This document shows, piece by piece, positions 46,040 to 58,359 of a DNA stretch of 64,000 nucleotides. The position numbers were made by a program, and so were the translations under genes. The notes under the pieces were generated by a model. That model was given only the letters and a program-made list of their open reading frames with translations, was not told where the DNA came from and did no database searches. Position 1 is the first letter of the stretch, and each line of letters begins with the position of its first letter. Source of the DNA: an uncultured Bacillota bacterium (GTDB taxonomy: Bacteria > Bacillota > Dethiobacteria > DTU022 > UBA8154); contig CALJJZ010000044.1 of NCBI GenBank assembly GCA_937973635.1, forward strand, positions 72-64,071, in the 5' to 3' direction.

Positions 46040-46780
46040 TTGCCGCGTCATTATAACAGACACTACAACAAATGGTTCCTGGCAACGGTAAAGCAGACGA
46101 TCATCCGTTATGCCATGATAGCAACAGGAGATAAACTGGCCATCGGCGTTTCCGGGGGTAAAGACAGCAGCGCCCTGCTTTATATCCTTTCCCTGGTCCG
46201 GGAGCACGCCCCCTTTCCCTTTTCTCTGCAGGCAGTGTTTGTAGATCTGGGCTGGCCGATGGACCTTTCGCCCGTGGAAAATTTGTGCCGCCGCCTGCAT
46301 ATTCCCCTGCATGTGGAGCCAACTTCCATCGCCCGCATCGTATTCGACGTGCGCCAGGAGAAAAACCCCTGTTCCCTCTGTGCCAAGATGCGCCGGGGCG
46401 CGTTGCATAGCGCCGCGCAGAAGTTGGGCTGCAACAAGGTGGCGCTGGGCCACCACCTTGACGATGCCATGGAAACTTTTTTTTTAAACTTGCTCTACTC
46501 AGGCAGATTGGAGACATTTAAACCTTTTACTTACCTGGACCGGCGCGATTTAACCATGGTTCGGCCGCTGATTTGCCTTCCTGAAAAAACGCTGGTTACT
46601 CTCTGCCGTCTGGAAAACCTGCCCCTTGTGGCCAATCCCTGTCCTGTGGCGGGACAAACAAAACGCCGGGAAATGGGGGTTATTGTGGACTTTTTGCTTT
46701 CCCGTTATCCTCGGGCTTACCAGCGTTTCATCACAGCCATGGAAAAGAGCCGTATCTGGAAACCGCATGAGGGCGGTTAA
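46040..46780 (+). CDS. ttcA: TtcA-like PP-loop ATPase (tRNA 2-thiocytidine synthetase family)
   Basis: PP-loop GVSGGKDSSALLYIL, CSLCAKMRRG, ALGHHLDD, and a third Cys (NPC). Gives the three-Cys [4Fe-4S] pattern of TtcA. Confidence 0.7.
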   Translation: MPRHYNRHYNKWFLATVKQTIIRYAMIATGDKLAIGVSGGKDSSALLYILSLVREHAPFPFSLQAVFVDLGWPMDLSPVENLCRRLHIPLHVEPTSIARIVFDVRQEKNPCSLCAKMRRGALHSAAQKLGCNKVALGHHLDDAMETFFLNLLYSGRLETFKPFTYLDRRDLTMVRPLICLPEKTLVTLCRLENLPLVANPCPVAGQTKRREMGVIVDFLLSRYPRAYQRFITAMEKSRIWKPHEGG

Positions 46781-46843
46781 TACGATACGGGGTGTGCCCC
46801 GGCTGCCCTGGCGGAGAGAGATTTCTTGAGGAGGAAAAGAAGT

Positions 46844-47578
46844 ATGTCCTTTGCAGAAAAACTTTACCGGGAAATATGTGCATGGTTAAGGGAACAGGTC
46901 TACGCTTCAGGAGGGAAAGGGGGCGTTTTTGGCCTCAGCGGAGGGGTAGACTCAGCCGTGGTGGGGGTCCTGGTAAAAGAAGCCTTTGGCCAAGAATGCC
47001 TGGCCTTGATTATGCCCTGCCACAGCCAGGTGCAGGATCTGGAAGATGCGCTTATGGTGGCTGCCAAGTTTAAAATTCCCTATCGCCTTGTTCAGCTTGA
47101 TGCCGTCTTTGACCAGTTTTTGCTGGCCCTTGGTGTTGACCCGGGAGCGGACAGGAAAAACCTTGCCCTGGCCAATATCAAACCGCGCCTGCGCATGAAT
47201 GCCCTTTATTATTACAGCGCGATCCTCTCTTACCGTGTTATTGGCACGGGCAACAAAAGTGAAATAAGCATCGGTTACTTTACCAAGTACGGTGACGGCG
47301 GCGTTGACTTTGAGCCCATCGGGGATCTGCTGAAAGAAGAAGTGTATGCATTGGCCCGTTACCTGGAGATACCGGAACCGCTACTGCGGAAAAAACCGTC
47401 GGGCGGCTTGTGGGAAGGGCAGGACGATGAAACGGAGATGGGTATTACCTATGCCGATCTGGACCGTTATCTCAAGGGCGAAGCCGTGGACGGTGCGGTG
47501 GCGGAAAGGATCAGGGAGCGCATGCAGAGCAGCCTGCACAAGCAGAAAATGCCCCCTGTTTTTAAAGTTAGAGGTTGA
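46844..47578 (+). CDS. nadE: NH3-dependent NAD+ synthetase
   Basis: SGGVDS PP-loop. NadE length and motifs (GTGNKSE, YGDGG). Confidence 0.85.
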   Translation: MSFAEKLYREICAWLREQVYASGGKGGVFGLSGGVDSAVVGVLVKEAFGQECLALIMPCHSQVQDLEDALMVAAKFKIPYRLVQLDAVFDQFLLALGVDPGADRKNLALANIKPRLRMNALYYYSAILSYRVIGTGNKSEISIGYFTKYGDGGVDFEPIGDLLKEEVYALARYLEIPEPLLRKKPSGGLWEGQDDETEMGITYADLDRYLKGEAVDGAVAERIRERMQSSLHKQKMPPVFKVRG

Positions 47579-47813
47579 AATCCTGAAGAAATTGCCTTTA
47601 CCCTTCCCAATTTACAATAATTATGCTAAAATAACCTTTGTATACTGTATTAACTTCAAGTCTGGGGCAGACTTAAGTTAATTTAAGTTCGCACTGGAGC
47701 GGCGTTCTTTTTTAAGCGATGCCGTTTTTGTTGTTGAGCTTTGGGGCGTAAAGTGTTATAAAGGAAAGGCTGGCCTATCTGTTTTTTAAGACCAAAGGAG
47801 GTAAGAATAGTAA

Positions 47814-49178
47814 GTGGTTAAGTGGGAGAAAATAGACACCAACAAAATATCCCTGGAGATCACTGTCCCTGAGAATGAAGTAAATAAAGCCCTGGAGCAG
47901 GCTTACCTAAAGCTGCGGGGGAGATTTATCATCCCTGGTTTTCGTAAAGGCAGGGCACCGCGTAAAATTATCGAATCCCGCTACGGCAATGAAATATTTC
48001 ACGAAGAAGCCCTGGATATACTGGCGGATCCTGCTTACCGGCAAGCGATCAAAGAGGCGGAGCTGGAGCCTATTGGCCAGCCTGAAGTGGAATCTATTGA
48101 GCTGGAAAAAGATAAGCCGCTGGTGATGAAAGTGCTTGTGGAGGTCAAGCCCGAGGTTAAACTTGGCGAGTATAAAGGGGTCAGCATTGAACAGGAGATA
48201 AAGGAGATTACGGCAGAGGATGTGGAAAAATACCTTGAGTCTTTGAGAAGCCAGCACGCCCGCCTCGTGGCCATCGAAGAGGGCGAGCTGCAGGACAAAG
48301 ACCTGGCCTTGATAGATTTTAAGGGGACTATCAACGGGGAGCCGTTTCAAGGCTCGGAGGTGGAGAACTATTCCCTGCAGATTGGGTCCAGCACTTTTAT
48401 TGCAGGCTTTGAAGAACAGCTAGTGGGCGCAAAAAAGGGCGAAAAGAGGGAGTTAAAAGTAACTTTCCCCGAAGATTACCACAATAAAGAATTGGCAGGC
48501 AAAGAAGCGGTCTTTTCCGTAGAGGTAAAGGAGATCAAGAGGCCCCAGCTGCCGGAACTCGATGATAATTTTATTCAGGAACTTACAGAGGATTTTTCAA
48601 ATGTAGAGGATTTCCGGGCAGACGTAGAGAAAAGATTAAAAGAAGACCTGCAAAAGCGTCAAAAATTTGAGCTGGAAAGCAGGATCATAGAAAAAGTGGC
48701 TGCAGCGTCCGAGGTGGAGGTCCCTGCTACCCTGGTGGAGCGGGAGGTCGATAACCTCATGGGAGAGTTTGAATACTTCCTGCGCATCCAAGGGATAACC
48801 CTCGACCAGTATGCGCAGATCGTCGAGGGCGGCAAGGAGCAATTAAGGGCGGAGCGGCGCCCGGAGGCGGAAAAACGGGCCCGGGCCAACCTGGTACTTG
48901 ATGCTATCATTAAGGCGGAAAAAATTGAAGCAAGGGAAGAGGAGATCGATGGACGTATCCGTGAGATGATGGAGAAGTTTAAAGTGCAGGATTCCTTTGC
49001 TGAGATCCGGGAAAAATTTGCCCGGGACGGGCGCCTGGATATGATTAAACACGAGATCCGTTACCGTAAAGCCATTGATCTGCTGGTGGATAACGCCAAT
49101 ATTATCCCTGTGGCTCCTGAACAGCTACAGGAGAAGACAGAGGAAAAAGTCGCAGAAGAAGACAAGGGAGCAAAGTAA
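47814..49178 (+). CDS. tig: Trigger factor (ribosome-associated PPIase chaperone)
   Basis: N-terminal ribosome-binding motif [12 protein letters not shown] domain, and C-terminal arm domain. Confidence 0.9.
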   Translation: MVKWEKIDTNKISLEITVPENEVNKALEQAYLKLRGRFIIPGFRKGRAPRKIIESRYGNEIFHEEALDILADPAYRQAIKEAELEPIGQPEVESIELEKDKPLVMKVLVEVKPEVKLGEYKGVSIEQEIKEITAEDVEKYLESLRSQHARLVAIEEGELQDKDLALIDFKGTINGEPFQGSEVENYSLQIGSSTFIAGFEEQLVGAKKGEKRELKVTFPEDYHNKELAGKEAVFSVEVKEIKRPQLPELDDNFIQELTEDFSNVEDFRADVEKRLKEDLQKRQKFELESRIIEKVAAASEVEVPATLVEREVDNLMGEFEYFLRIQGITLDQYAQIVEGGKEQLRAERRPEAEKRARANLVLDAIIKAEKIEAREEEIDGRIREMMEKFKVQDSFAEIREKFARDGRLDMIKHEIRYRKAIDLLVDNANIIPVAPEQLQEKTEEKVAEEDKGAK

Positions 49179-49216
49179 AAGCTGTTCAGACATACAATAG
49201 AAAAAGGAGAGGATCT

Positions 49217-49816
49217 TTGATGCAGTTGGTACCCATGGTAGTAGAGCAGACAAGTCGTGGGGAAAGGGCTTATGATATATATTCCCGCCTGTTAAAGGAC
49301 CGGATTGTTTTTATTGGTTCTGCTATTGATGATGTCGTGGCCAACCTGGTAATTGCCCAGTTACTTTTTTTGGAATCGGAAGACCCGGATAAAGATATTA
49401 ACATCTATATTAATTCTCCAGGGGGCCTGATCTATTCAGGACTGGCTATTTATGATACGATGCAGTATATCAAGCCCGATGTTTCTACGATCTGCGTGGG
49501 CTTGGCCGCCAGTATGGGTGCGGTGCTTTTGGCCGCCGGCACAAAGGGCAAACGTTTTGCTCTGCCCCATTCCCGGGTGATGATGCACCAGCCTATGGGC
49601 GGCGCCCGGGGGCAGGCCGTAGATATTGAGATCCATGCCAGGGAAATTTTAAAGATTAGAGAATCGCTAAACGATATCCTGGCGAAACATACCGGCAAGC
49701 CGGTGGAACAGATTGCCAGGGATACGGATCGGGACTATTATATGTCGGCGGAGATGGCCTTGGAATACGGTCTTGTGGACAGTATCCTGGAAAAAAGGGA
49801 ATTGGCGAAGAGGTGA
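49217..49816 (+). CDS. clpP: ATP-dependent Clp protease proteolytic subunit
   Basis: Catalytic triad context ([19 protein letters not shown]). Highly conserved ClpP sequence. Confidence 0.9.
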   Translation: MMQLVPMVVEQTSRGERAYDIYSRLLKDRIVFIGSAIDDVVANLVIAQLLFLESEDPDKDINIYINSPGGLIYSGLAIYDTMQYIKPDVSTICVGLAASMGAVLLAAGTKGKRFALPHSRVMMHQPMGGARGQAVDIEIHAREILKIRESLNDILAKHTGKPVEQIARDTDRDYYMSAEMALEYGLVDSILEKRELAKR

Positions 49817-49820
49817 AAAT

Positions 49821-51080
49821 ATGTTTAAATTCAGCGACGAGAAGGGGCAGCTCAAGTGTTCCTTCTGCGGGAAGAGCCAGGAACAGGTGCGTAAACTGGT
49901 GGCTGGCCCCGGGGTTTATATATGTGACGAATGTATAGAACTCTGCAACGAGATTATTGAGGAAGAAATAGAGGACGATCTGGAGCTCAATTTGGTCGAT
50001 CTCCCCAAACCGGCGGAGATCCATGAAGTGCTGAACAAGTACGTCATTGGGCAGGAGTTTGCCAAAAAAGTCCTTTCTGTGGCCGTTTACAACCATTACA
50101 AACGGGTTAACGCAGGGCAGAAGTTTGACGATGTGGAGCTGCAAAAAAGCAACATTCTCCTCATCGGGCCCACAGGGGTGGGGAAAACTCTCCTAGCTCA
50201 GACGATGGCGCGGCTGCTAAACGTTCCTTTTGCCATCGCAGATGCCACCTCCCTTACGGAAGCGGGCTATGTGGGAGAGGACGTGGAGAACATCCTCCTC
50301 AAGCTGATCCAGGCGGCCGATTACGACCTGGAAAAAGCGGAAAAAGGTATTGTCTATATTGATGAATTTGACAAGATAGCCCGTAAAAGCGAAAACCCCT
50401 CCATTACGCGGGACGTCTCCGGTGAGGGTGTGCAGCAGGCTCTGCTTAAGATCCTGGAGGGGACGATTGCCAGTGTGCCACCCCAGGGCGGGCGCAAACA
50501 TCCGCACCAGGAGTTCATGCAAATTGACACCACGGACATCCTTTTTATCTGTGGGGGAGCCTTTGACGGGCTGGAAAAAATAATCCTCAAACGTATCGGA
50601 GCCGGCGGTATGGGCTTTGGCGCAGACGTGCGCCCGCGCATGGATCTGAATATTGGCGATCTGCTGCGCCAGGTGCGTCCCGAGGATCTGATTAAATTCG
50701 GCCTTATCCCCGAGTGCGTGGGGCGCCTGCAGGTTATCGCTGTGCTTGATGCCTTGGACAGGGATGCACTGGTACGTATCCTTACGGAGCCGGTAAATGC
50801 CCTGGTAAAGCAGTACCAGAAGATGTTCGAGCTGGATAATGTGCAGCTGGAATTTAAAGAAGGTTCCCTCGAAGCTATTGCCGACGAGGCGATGAAACAC
50901 AAGATCGGGGCGCGGGGCCTGCGCGCCATTATGGAAGATATACTGCTGGAGATTATGTATGAGATTCCCTCCCGGGAAGATATTGAAAAATGTATCATTA
51001 CTGCCGGGGTCGTGCGTAAAGAGGAAAAGCCCAAACTGCTCACGGTGAGCAAAAAGAAAAAGGGAGTATCGGCATCCTGA
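49821..51080 (+). CDS. clpX: ATP-dependent Clp protease ATP-binding subunit ClpX
   Basis: Zn-finger (CSFCGK...CDEC), Walker A GPTGVGKT, and ClpX signature motifs. Confidence 0.9.
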   Translation: MFKFSDEKGQLKCSFCGKSQEQVRKLVAGPGVYICDECIELCNEIIEEEIEDDLELNLVDLPKPAEIHEVLNKYVIGQEFAKKVLSVAVYNHYKRVNAGQKFDDVELQKSNILLIGPTGVGKTLLAQTMARLLNVPFAIADATSLTEAGYVGEDVENILLKLIQAADYDLEKAEKGIVYIDEFDKIARKSENPSITRDVSGEGVQQALLKILEGTIASVPPQGGRKHPHQEFMQIDTTDILFICGGAFDGLEKIILKRIGAGGMGFGADVRPRMDLNIGDLLRQVRPEDLIKFGLIPECVGRLQVIAVLDALDRDALVRILTEPVNALVKQYQKMFELDNVQLEFKEGSLEAIADEAMKHKIGARGLRAIMEDILLEIMYEIPSREDIEKCIITAGVVRKEEKPKLLTVSKKKKGVSAS

Positions 51081-51220
51081 GTAACTCCGGGGTGGCTCCA
51101 GGGAGTCACCCTTTTTTTCTAAACCAACCGCCCTGTGGCCCTTAAGTGATTATTTGCTCCGTTTCCGGTAATAATAGAGAGAGATATGTCAGCTTCTTAT
51201 ACGGAAAGGGAGTGAAAGCA

Positions 51221-52903
51221 TTGCCTGGTTGGTTAGGCGTGCTCGGTGTGGTGCAGGTTGTCTTTGCCATTGTGGTGGGAGCTTATTTCTGGAACCTTTT
51301 TAAAAACCAGCGTGGCCATAAAATGGTGGTGGGAAGGGATTCTTCCCGTGAAATGGAGGAGCTGAAGCGTCTCAGAGCCCTTTCCCTGACTGAACCGCTG
51401 GCAGAGAAGGTCCGCCCTGCTTCATTTGCCGAGATAATTGGGCAGGAGGACGCCATTAGGGCCCTGCGTGCTGCCATGTGCGGTCCCAATCCCCAGCATG
51501 TGCTCCTTTACGGTTCACCGGGCGTGGGTAAAACAGCGGCGGCAAGGCTTGTCCTGGAGGAGGCGAAAAGAAACGAGCTTTCGCCTTTCGGCAGGGAGGC
51601 ACCTTTTGTGGAAGTGGATGCGACTACACTCCGCTTTGACGAGAGGGGCATCGCCGACCCCCTCATGGGAACGGTGCACGACCCCATCTACCAGGGGGCC
51701 GGGCCTCTGGGTATTGCCGGCATCCCTCAGCCGAAACCGGGGGCGGTAACAAAGGCGCATGGCGGGATCCTTTTTATTGACGAAATCGGTGAGCTTCACC
51801 CCATCCAGATGAACAAGCTGTTAAAGGTACTGGAGGATCGCAAAGTTTTTTTGGAAAGCGCCTATTATAACAGGGATGACCGCAATGTGCCCCGCCATAT
51901 TCACGATATATTTCAAAATGGCCTGCCTGCAGATTTTCGCCTGATTGGGGCAACGACACGCCAGCCGGAAGAGCTCCCCCCGGCGATACGTTCCCGTTGT
52001 CTGGAGATATTTTTCCGGGATCTTTCGCCGCAGGAAATAGGCGCCATCGCCGCAAATGCGGCAAGGCGCGTCCATTTTACCCTGGACCCTGGGGCCTTAG
52101 AGGTGGTCATGACCTTTGCCCAGAATGGCAGGGAAGGAGTAAATATGGTTCAGATTGCTGCAGGGATAGCTCAGACCGAAGGGAGAAAAACCCTGGAGGT
52201 GGAGGAGATGGAATGGGTGGTCAACCACAGCCGCCTGGCTCCACGTCTGGAAAAAAGGATTCCTCCTGCACCCCAGGTCGGGCTGGTTAATGGCCTAGCT
52301 ATGGTGGGGCCGCAGCGAGGCGCCCTGTTGGAGATCGAAGCTGCCGTTACCCCTGCTGTGGGGGGCAGAGGGCGTCTCAGTATAACCGGGATAGTGGATG
52401 AAGAAGAGATGGGCACCCTGGGCCGTACGCTGCGCCGTAAAAGTACGGCCCGCGGTTCGGTAGAGAACGTCATTACGGTCCTTTCTGTGCTTCTGCACAA
52501 AAATATGGACGATTATGACATCCACCTCAATTTTCCCGGAGGTATGCCTGTGGACGGGCCTTCGGCGGGGGTGGGTATTGCGCTGGCCGTGTATTCGGCC
52601 CTGCAGGGTATTCCTGTGGATAATACCGTGGCCTTAACCGGCGAGCTCTCTATCCGGGGCCTGGTTTGCCCTGTGGGCGGAGTAACGGGGAAGGTAGAAG
52701 CGGCCCGTCAGGCCGGGGCCAAAAAGGTTTTAATTCCGGAAAAAAACTGGCAGCATTGTTTTGAAAAGATAACAGGGATCAGGATCATTCCTGTATCCCA
52801 TATCCGGGAAGTTTTCCAGCATGCCCTACTGGAAAGGGGCTCCCTTGCCCCGGCCCGGGAGCAAAAGGGGATTATTCCTGTAAATACGCTGGCTACAAAC
52901 TAA
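51221..52903 (+). CDS. lonB: LonB-type ATP-dependent protease (membrane-anchored, sporulation-associated Lon paralog)
   Basis: N-terminal TM, AAA+ Walker A GSPGVGKT, and C-terminal Lon protease domain with catalytic Ser (DGPSAGVGIA). Sits between clpX and lon as in Bacillus. Confidence 0.8.
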   Translation: MPGWLGVLGVVQVVFAIVVGAYFWNLFKNQRGHKMVVGRDSSREMEELKRLRALSLTEPLAEKVRPASFAEIIGQEDAIRALRAAMCGPNPQHVLLYGSPGVGKTAAARLVLEEAKRNELSPFGREAPFVEVDATTLRFDERGIADPLMGTVHDPIYQGAGPLGIAGIPQPKPGAVTKAHGGILFIDEIGELHPIQMNKLLKVLEDRKVFLESAYYNRDDRNVPRHIHDIFQNGLPADFRLIGATTRQPEELPPAIRSRCLEIFFRDLSPQEIGAIAANAARRVHFTLDPGALEVVMTFAQNGREGVNMVQIAAGIAQTEGRKTLEVEEMEWVVNHSRLAPRLEKRIPPAPQVGLVNGLAMVGPQRGALLEIEAAVTPAVGGRGRLSITGIVDEEEMGTLGRTLRRKSTARGSVENVITVLSVLLHKNMDDYDIHLNFPGGMPVDGPSAGVGIALAVYSALQGIPVDNTVALTGELSIRGLVCPVGGVTGKVEAARQAGAKKVLIPEKNWQHCFEKITGIRIIPVSHIREVFQHALLERGSLAPAREQKGIIPVNTLATN

Positions 52904-52965
52904 CTAAGAGGTATGATGAATCTTGCTCCGAATTTTGAAATGCCTGTGGAAGGGGGAAATAAGCG

Positions 52966-55326
52966 TTGGGAGAGCTTATAGAATTGCCGTTACTGCCCCT
53001 GCGCGGGGTCATTGTCTTTCCCCATCTTGTCCTGCATCTTGATGTGGGCAGGGAACGTTCGGTTAGGGCTCTGGAAGAAGCGATGATGCAGAATAACGTT
53101 ATTTTGCTGGTGGCACAGAAAGAGGCAAGGGTAGATGACCCTGCGCCGGAAGATCTTTTTGAAGTGGGGACTATTGCCAGAATTAAACAGATGTTGAAAC
53201 TGCCCGGCGGCACCATGCGTATCCTTGTGGAGGGAATCAAACGTGCCCGCCTCGAAAAAGTAACGGAACAGGAACCCTATTTTAAAGCGCTGGCTGCCGA
53301 GGTGGAAGAAGAAGAGGCTGATCAGGCGGAGACGGAAGCGTTGATGCGCTATGTCCTGCAGCAATTTGAACATTATATTAAATTAAGTAAGAAAATTCCC
53401 GCCGATGTCCTCGCTAATGTTTCAAGCATTACTTTACCCGGAAGGCTGGCCGATGTTATCGCCTCCCATTTAAGCCTGAAGGTCGAACAAAAGCAGGAGG
53501 TTCTTGCGGCTTTTTCCCCGGTGACGCGCCTGGAAGTGCTGGCGGATCTGTTGAACCGGGAGATGGAGATCCTGGAACTGGAGAAAAAGATCGGCCTGCG
53601 TGTGCGCAAACAGATGGAGAAAACGCAGAAGGAATATTACCTGCGGGAACAGGTTAAGGCCATACATAAGGAACTGGGAGAGGCGGATGAGCGTTTGGCT
53701 GAAGCCAACGAATACCGGGAGAAGATCGCTGCGGCCAAACTGCCGGAAGAAGTGGAGAAAAAAGCGCTTAAAGAAGTGGAACGGCTGGAAAAAATGCCTC
53801 CTGCCGCGGCGGAAGCTGCCGTTATACGCACATACCTGGATTGGTTGCTGGAGCTGCCCTGGGTTTTTCAGACGGAAGACCGCCTGGAGCTTGATGTAGT
53901 GGAGCAGGTTCTGGATGAAGACCATTACGGACTGGAAAAGGTTAAAGAACGTATCGTGGAATACCTGGCGGTACGCCGCCTTACGCAAAAAATTAAAGGG
54001 CCTATCCTCTGTTTGATTGGCCCTCCGGGTGTGGGTAAAACTTCCCTGGCCCGTTCTATAGCCCGGGCCCTGCAGCGCAAGTTTGTACGCATATCCCTGG
54101 GCGGTGTGCGCGACGAGGCGGAGATACGCGGCCATCGCCGCACCTATGTGGGGGCTCTGCCTGGGCGTATTATTCAGGGGATCCGCCAGGCCAAATCCCG
54201 CAACCCTGTTTTCCTGCTTGATGAAGTGGATAAGATGTCCACAGATTTTCGCGGCGACCCTTCTGCTGCCCTGCTGGAAGTCCTGGATCCTGAACAAAAC
54301 AATTCTTTCAGCGACCATTACATCGAGATCCCCTTTGACCTTTCCCAGGTTATGTTTATTACCACGGCCAACAATCGTTATAATATACCTCAACCTCTCC
54401 TTGACCGTATGGAGGCAATCTATCTACCTGGCTACACGGAGGAGGAGAAAGTTAAGATCGCTCAGCGCCACCTTATTCCCAAGCAGCTGGAGGAAAACGG
54501 CCTGACGGGAAAAAACCTGCGTATCTCGGAAGGGACGCTGCGTTATATTGTCAGGGAGTATACACGGGAAGCGGGGGTACGTAACCTAGAACGGGAGCTG
54601 GCTGTGCTCTGCCGCAAGACGGCAAGGCAGGTGGTAGAAAATAATGACTATCACCTGACTGTGACCCGCAGCAATCTGCATAAATACCTGGGGCCGCCTC
54701 GCTTTCGTTTTGGGCTGGCAGAAAAGGGGAACGAGGTCGGTGTGGTGACGGGCGTGGCCTGGACAGAAACGGGCGGTGATCTACTGGCCATTGAAGTTAC
54801 GCTGATGAAAGGCAAAGGGAAACTTATTTTGACAGGTAAGCTGGGTGATGTGATGCAGGAATCGGCCCAGGCCGCCCTCAGCTATGTTCGTTCCCGTGCT
54901 GCCGACTTTGGCATACCTGCAGATTTCCATGAAGAATACGACCTACACATCCATATACCGGAAGGAGCTATTCCTAAAGACGGCCCTTCTGCAGGTGTAG
55001 CTATGGCCACAGCCATGATCTCTGCCCTGACCCGCACTCCGGTTAACCACTTTGTAGCCATGACCGGAGAGATTACCCTGCGCGGCCGTATTTTACCCGT
55101 GGGCGGCATTAAAGAAAAGATTCTGGCGGCGCACCGGGCGGGCATAAAAACGGTTATTTTGCCGCAGGACAATAAAAAGGACCTTTTAGAGATACCTAAA
55201 AATGTACGGCGCCGCCTAGAATTTGTGTTAGTAGAGCACCTGGATCAGGTCTTGCCGAGGGCCCTGCTTAGTGAGGAGAAGTATGAAACCGAAGCAAGTA
55301 GAGCTATGTCAGTCAGCCAGGGATAA
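52966..55326 (+). CDS. lon: ATP-dependent protease La (LonA)
   Basis: LON N-domain, AAA+ (GPPGVGKTS), and S16 protease domain ([10 protein letters not shown]). Confidence 0.9.
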   Translation: MGELIELPLLPLRGVIVFPHLVLHLDVGRERSVRALEEAMMQNNVILLVAQKEARVDDPAPEDLFEVGTIARIKQMLKLPGGTMRILVEGIKRARLEKVTEQEPYFKALAAEVEEEEADQAETEALMRYVLQQFEHYIKLSKKIPADVLANVSSITLPGRLADVIASHLSLKVEQKQEVLAAFSPVTRLEVLADLLNREMEILELEKKIGLRVRKQMEKTQKEYYLREQVKAIHKELGEADERLAEANEYREKIAAAKLPEEVEKKALKEVERLEKMPPAAAEAAVIRTYLDWLLELPWVFQTEDRLELDVVEQVLDEDHYGLEKVKERIVEYLAVRRLTQKIKGPILCLIGPPGVGKTSLARSIARALQRKFVRISLGGVRDEAEIRGHRRTYVGALPGRIIQGIRQAKSRNPVFLLDEVDKMSTDFRGDPSAALLEVLDPEQNNSFSDHYIEIPFDLSQVMFITTANNRYNIPQPLLDRMEAIYLPGYTEEEKVKIAQRHLIPKQLEENGLTGKNLRISEGTLRYIVREYTREAGVRNLERELAVLCRKTARQVVENNDYHLTVTRSNLHKYLGPPRFRFGLAEKGNEVGVVTGVAWTETGGDLLAIEVTLMKGKGKLILTGKLGDVMQESAQAALSYVRSRAADFGIPADFHEEYDLHIHIPEGAIPKDGPSAGVAMATAMISALTRTPVNHFVAMTGEITLRGRILPVGGIKEKILAAHRAGIKTVILPQDNKKDLLEIPKNVRRRLEFVLVEHLDQVLPRALLSEEKYETEASRAMSVSQG

Positions 55327-55906
55327 GCGCGGGTTGCCATCTTTGACCTGCCCGGAGATCGCCCTGGTGGGGCGCTCCAATGTGGGGAAGTCTTCCCTGA
55401 TTAATACATTGGTGCAGCGCCGCAATCTTGCCCGTACAAGCAATACACCGGGCAAGACGAGGGCGATCTATTTCTACCTTGTTGATGGCAAGTTTTTCCT
55501 CGTTGATCTGCCCGGCTACGGCTATGCCCGTGTATCCCGGGAGCAGCAACGTGAGTGGAAAAACCTTGTGGAAGCCTATCTGGATAAGCGCAAAGGATAC
55601 GCCATGCTTTTGCAGGTGGTGGACCTGCGCCACCCGCCCTCGGAGGCAGACAGGCAGATGGCCAATTGGATCCGTCATTTCGCCTATCCTTGGCGCGTCG
55701 TGGCCACTAAGGCGGACAAGGTGCCGCGGGGCCGTCGTTTAAATCAGCTGAAAATAATCGCCGCCGGGCTGGAGGTAGATCCGGCGGGGATCATTCTTTT
55801 TTCATCCAGCTCTGGTGAAGGCAAAGATCTTTTATGGGGGGCTATTCTGGATGAATTGGGAAACATGGCAAAGGGCGACGCCGGTAGCGCAGTCACACCA
55901 GGATGA
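55283..55906 (+). CDS. engB: Ribosome biogenesis GTPase YsxC/EngB
   Basis: G1 [10 protein letters not shown]3 DLPGYG, G4 TKADK. Confidence 0.85.
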   Translation: MKPKQVELCQSARDKRGLPSLTCPEIALVGRSNVGKSSLINTLVQRRNLARTSNTPGKTRAIYFYLVDGKFFLVDLPGYGYARVSREQQREWKNLVEAYLDKRKGYAMLLQVVDLRHPPSEADRQMANWIRHFAYPWRVVATKADKVPRGRRLNQLKIIAAGLEVDPAGIILFSSSSGEGKDLLWGAILDELGNMAKGDAGSAVTPG

Positions 55907-57011
55907 AAGGCAGCGGGAAGAGTATCTTGAGCTGCTGGAAAGGGAAGAAGAGCATACCAGATCTCAGCTGGAAAAAATTGCCTGGCTGTGCAGCTATACG
56001 CCGGTGGAAATTATCGCTGCCTGCGGCCTAGTGCCTTATCGCCTGCTTGCCGCAGAGGGGCAGACGCTGCGGGCAGATACGATCCTTCACCCCACCCTTT
56101 GTTCTTACGTGCGCGGGGCCCTGGAAAATGCCCTGGCCATAGATGCCCGGACCCTGCAGGGTGCTGTCCTGCTGAACTCCTGTAATGCTGCCGGCCACCT
56201 GCAACATGCCCTGGCTGCGCTGTATTCTCAGAAATTTCAATATTTTTTGGATTTACCCCACAGCAACTCTGATGCAGCAATATATTTTTGGGCCAATGAG
56301 CTGCGCCAGTTTCATGAGACCCTGGCCTGCTACCGTGGTATCCCCGTATGTTTAGACGCGCTGCAACAGCAGATGGATCTTTATCGCATAAATCGGGAGC
56401 GCCTGGCCGCCCTCTACGCCGACAGAAAAGGAGAAGTCTTTGTAAGGGGCAGCGCCCTGGCGCGGCTTGTCCAGGCCTCCATGGTAATACCGGCAGCCCG
56501 TTTTGCGAAAGTGCTCGACCTTTTTGAAGCCTTTGCAGAAGAGCAAAAGGAGAGGGGCAAATATTATGGGGGGCCGCGTCTTTTTTTGCTGGGCAGTATT
56601 ATGGGGGCGGCAACAATGGAAATTATTGAAACAGAGGGCGGTATCCTGGTCCTTGACGACCTCTGCACGGGATACCGGGCCGTCAATTTTAAGGCAGTGC
56701 CGCCGGGGGGGGCAGAGAGCCCCTATCTTTCCCTGGCCCGTTTTTACCTGGGGCGTTCTCCCTGTGCGCGGATGAAAGATTCTTTTGCCGCCCTTGACCG
56801 GCTGGAGCAACTGCTCCTTGATTACAGGATCGACGGCGTAATCCTTTATTACTTGAAATTTTGTGATCCCTGGTATTACCTGGGGCAGCTGCTTAAAGAA
56901 AGAATCAAACATATACCGGTGCTGATCCTGGAGGGGGAATATACCGGCACAGGGAGGAGCGGCCAGTTGCGAACCCGCATTGCGGCATTTCTGGAGATGC
57001 TTAAGGCATAA
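55851..57011 (+). CDS. 2-hydroxyacyl-CoA dehydratase-family (HGD-D / BcrBC-like) subunit, substrate unknown
   Basis: HGD-D family hallmarks: YTPVEIIAACGLVP, DLCTGYR, YLKFCDPWYY. The start is uncertain and overlaps the engB 3' end. Confidence 0.7.
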   Translation: MNWETWQRATPVAQSHQDERQREEYLELLEREEEHTRSQLEKIAWLCSYTPVEIIAACGLVPYRLLAAEGQTLRADTILHPTLCSYVRGALENALAIDARTLQGAVLLNSCNAAGHLQHALAALYSQKFQYFLDLPHSNSDAAIYFWANELRQFHETLACYRGIPVCLDALQQQMDLYRINRERLAALYADRKGEVFVRGSALARLVQASMVIPAARFAKVLDLFEAFAEEQKERGKYYGGPRLFLLGSIMGAATMEIIETEGGILVLDDLCTGYRAVNFKAVPPGGAESPYLSLARFYLGRSPCARMKDSFAALDRLEQLLLDYRIDGVILYYLKFCDPWYYLGQLLKERIKHIPVLILEGEYTGTGRSGQLRTRIAAFLEMLKA

Positions 57012-57045
57012 AAATCTTATGGGTGTCCAGGGGGGAAGTGTCAGG

Positions 57046-58314
57046 ATGGTTATGGACGGGTTAAAAGCAAAAACTTTGTACAGTTTAGGCCGGCAGTTAC
57101 TGCGCCACCCCTTTTTTTATTTCCTCTGCCAGCAGGCGATCCGTCATGGCTTAGTCAAGTACCCCTATGCGGCCAGGCGCATGCTCATCGATTACGGTCT
57201 GGGGCAGATCAAGGAAGCTTTCCAGCACAGTGATAAGCTAGTCTGGAGCAGCGCTTTTTTCCCTACGGAAATACTTTACGCCCTGGGTGTTACCCATTTT
57301 TCACCGGAGGTTGCTTCGGCTGTCACGGCTTCTTTAGGTTTCCAGGAGCAGTTTCTGGCAGCGGCGGAAAGCCGCTGGTGGGGACGGGACAATTGTTCTT
57401 TTCACCGCTGCGCCATGGGCGGCGCCTTCCTGAATTTCTTTCCCCAAGCAAAAGCTTTTTGTGCAAGCACGCACCTCTGTGATGGGGCTGTTTTGCTCTT
57501 CAACAACCTGGCAGCCCGTTACCGCCGCCCGTTTTTGCTGCTGGATACGCCGCTAAAGCAAGACCGGGGTGCGCTTAACTATGTCATCCAACAGCTCAGG
57601 AGCATCATTGCTTCGCTGGAAGAATATAGCGGAAAAAAAATGCAGGCACACCGGCTGGAGGAAGCCGTTGCCCATGCCGAAGCGGCACGTCAGGCACTGG
57701 TTGAAGTGAACCGCTTGCGCCGGGAACCCCTTTCGCCCTTCAGCACCCGGGATGCCGTCGCTTTCCTCTATCTCTATTTCAACGGCCTGGGCAGCCCTGT
57801 GACACCGCGTATTTATCATACGCTGGCGGAAGAATTGCAGGAGAAGATAAATGCTGCGGCAGAAGCTTCCCTTCGTCCGCCCCGCATACGGCTGCTCTGG
57901 TTGCATATCCCGCCCCTGTACCGCAGCAATAATAACATGCTGGCTTATCTGGAAGCAAAGGGCGCCAGGGCTGTGTTTGAAGAATTCAGTCATGTTTACT
58001 GGGAACCCATGGATCCGGCCAGGCCCCTCGAATCCATTGCCAGGCGGATGCTCTCCCATTTTATTTATGGTCCCGTGGAGCGGCGTTTAAAAGCCATTAA
58101 AAGGATGGTAGAGGATTTAAAGGTGGATGGTGTTATCCATTTTTCCCACTGGGGTTGCCGGCAAAACTGCGGGTCAGTTAAGGCTATTCGTGATTATCTG
58201 AAACAGGAAGACATCCCTTTGTTGCTGCTGGACGGCGACTGCATTGACAGCCGCAACTATGCCTTCGGGCAGGTGCAAACGCGCATCGACGGTTTTCTGG
58301 AGATGCTGGCGTAA
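57046..58314 (+). CDS. 2-hydroxyacyl-CoA dehydratase-family (HGD-D) subunit, second
   Basis: FPTEILYALGV, conserved Cys positions (CSFHRC, FSHWGCRQNC). A paralog of the preceding gene. Confidence 0.7.
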   Translation: MVMDGLKAKTLYSLGRQLLRHPFFYFLCQQAIRHGLVKYPYAARRMLIDYGLGQIKEAFQHSDKLVWSSAFFPTEILYALGVTHFSPEVASAVTASLGFQEQFLAAAESRWWGRDNCSFHRCAMGGAFLNFFPQAKAFCASTHLCDGAVLLFNNLAARYRRPFLLLDTPLKQDRGALNYVIQQLRSIIASLEEYSGKKMQAHRLEEAVAHAEAARQALVEVNRLRREPLSPFSTRDAVAFLYLYFNGLGSPVTPRIYHTLAEELQEKINAAAEASLRPPRIRLLWLHIPPLYRSNNNMLAYLEAKGARAVFEEFSHVYWEPMDPARPLESIARRMLSHFIYGPVERRLKAIKRMVEDLKVDGVIHFSHWGCRQNCGSVKAIRDYLKQEDIPLLLLDGDCIDSRNYAFGQVQTRIDGFLEMLA

Positions 58315-58359
58315 ATGAAGAAAAATGCCGTATAAAGGGCTTAAGGGAGGTAGATAAAT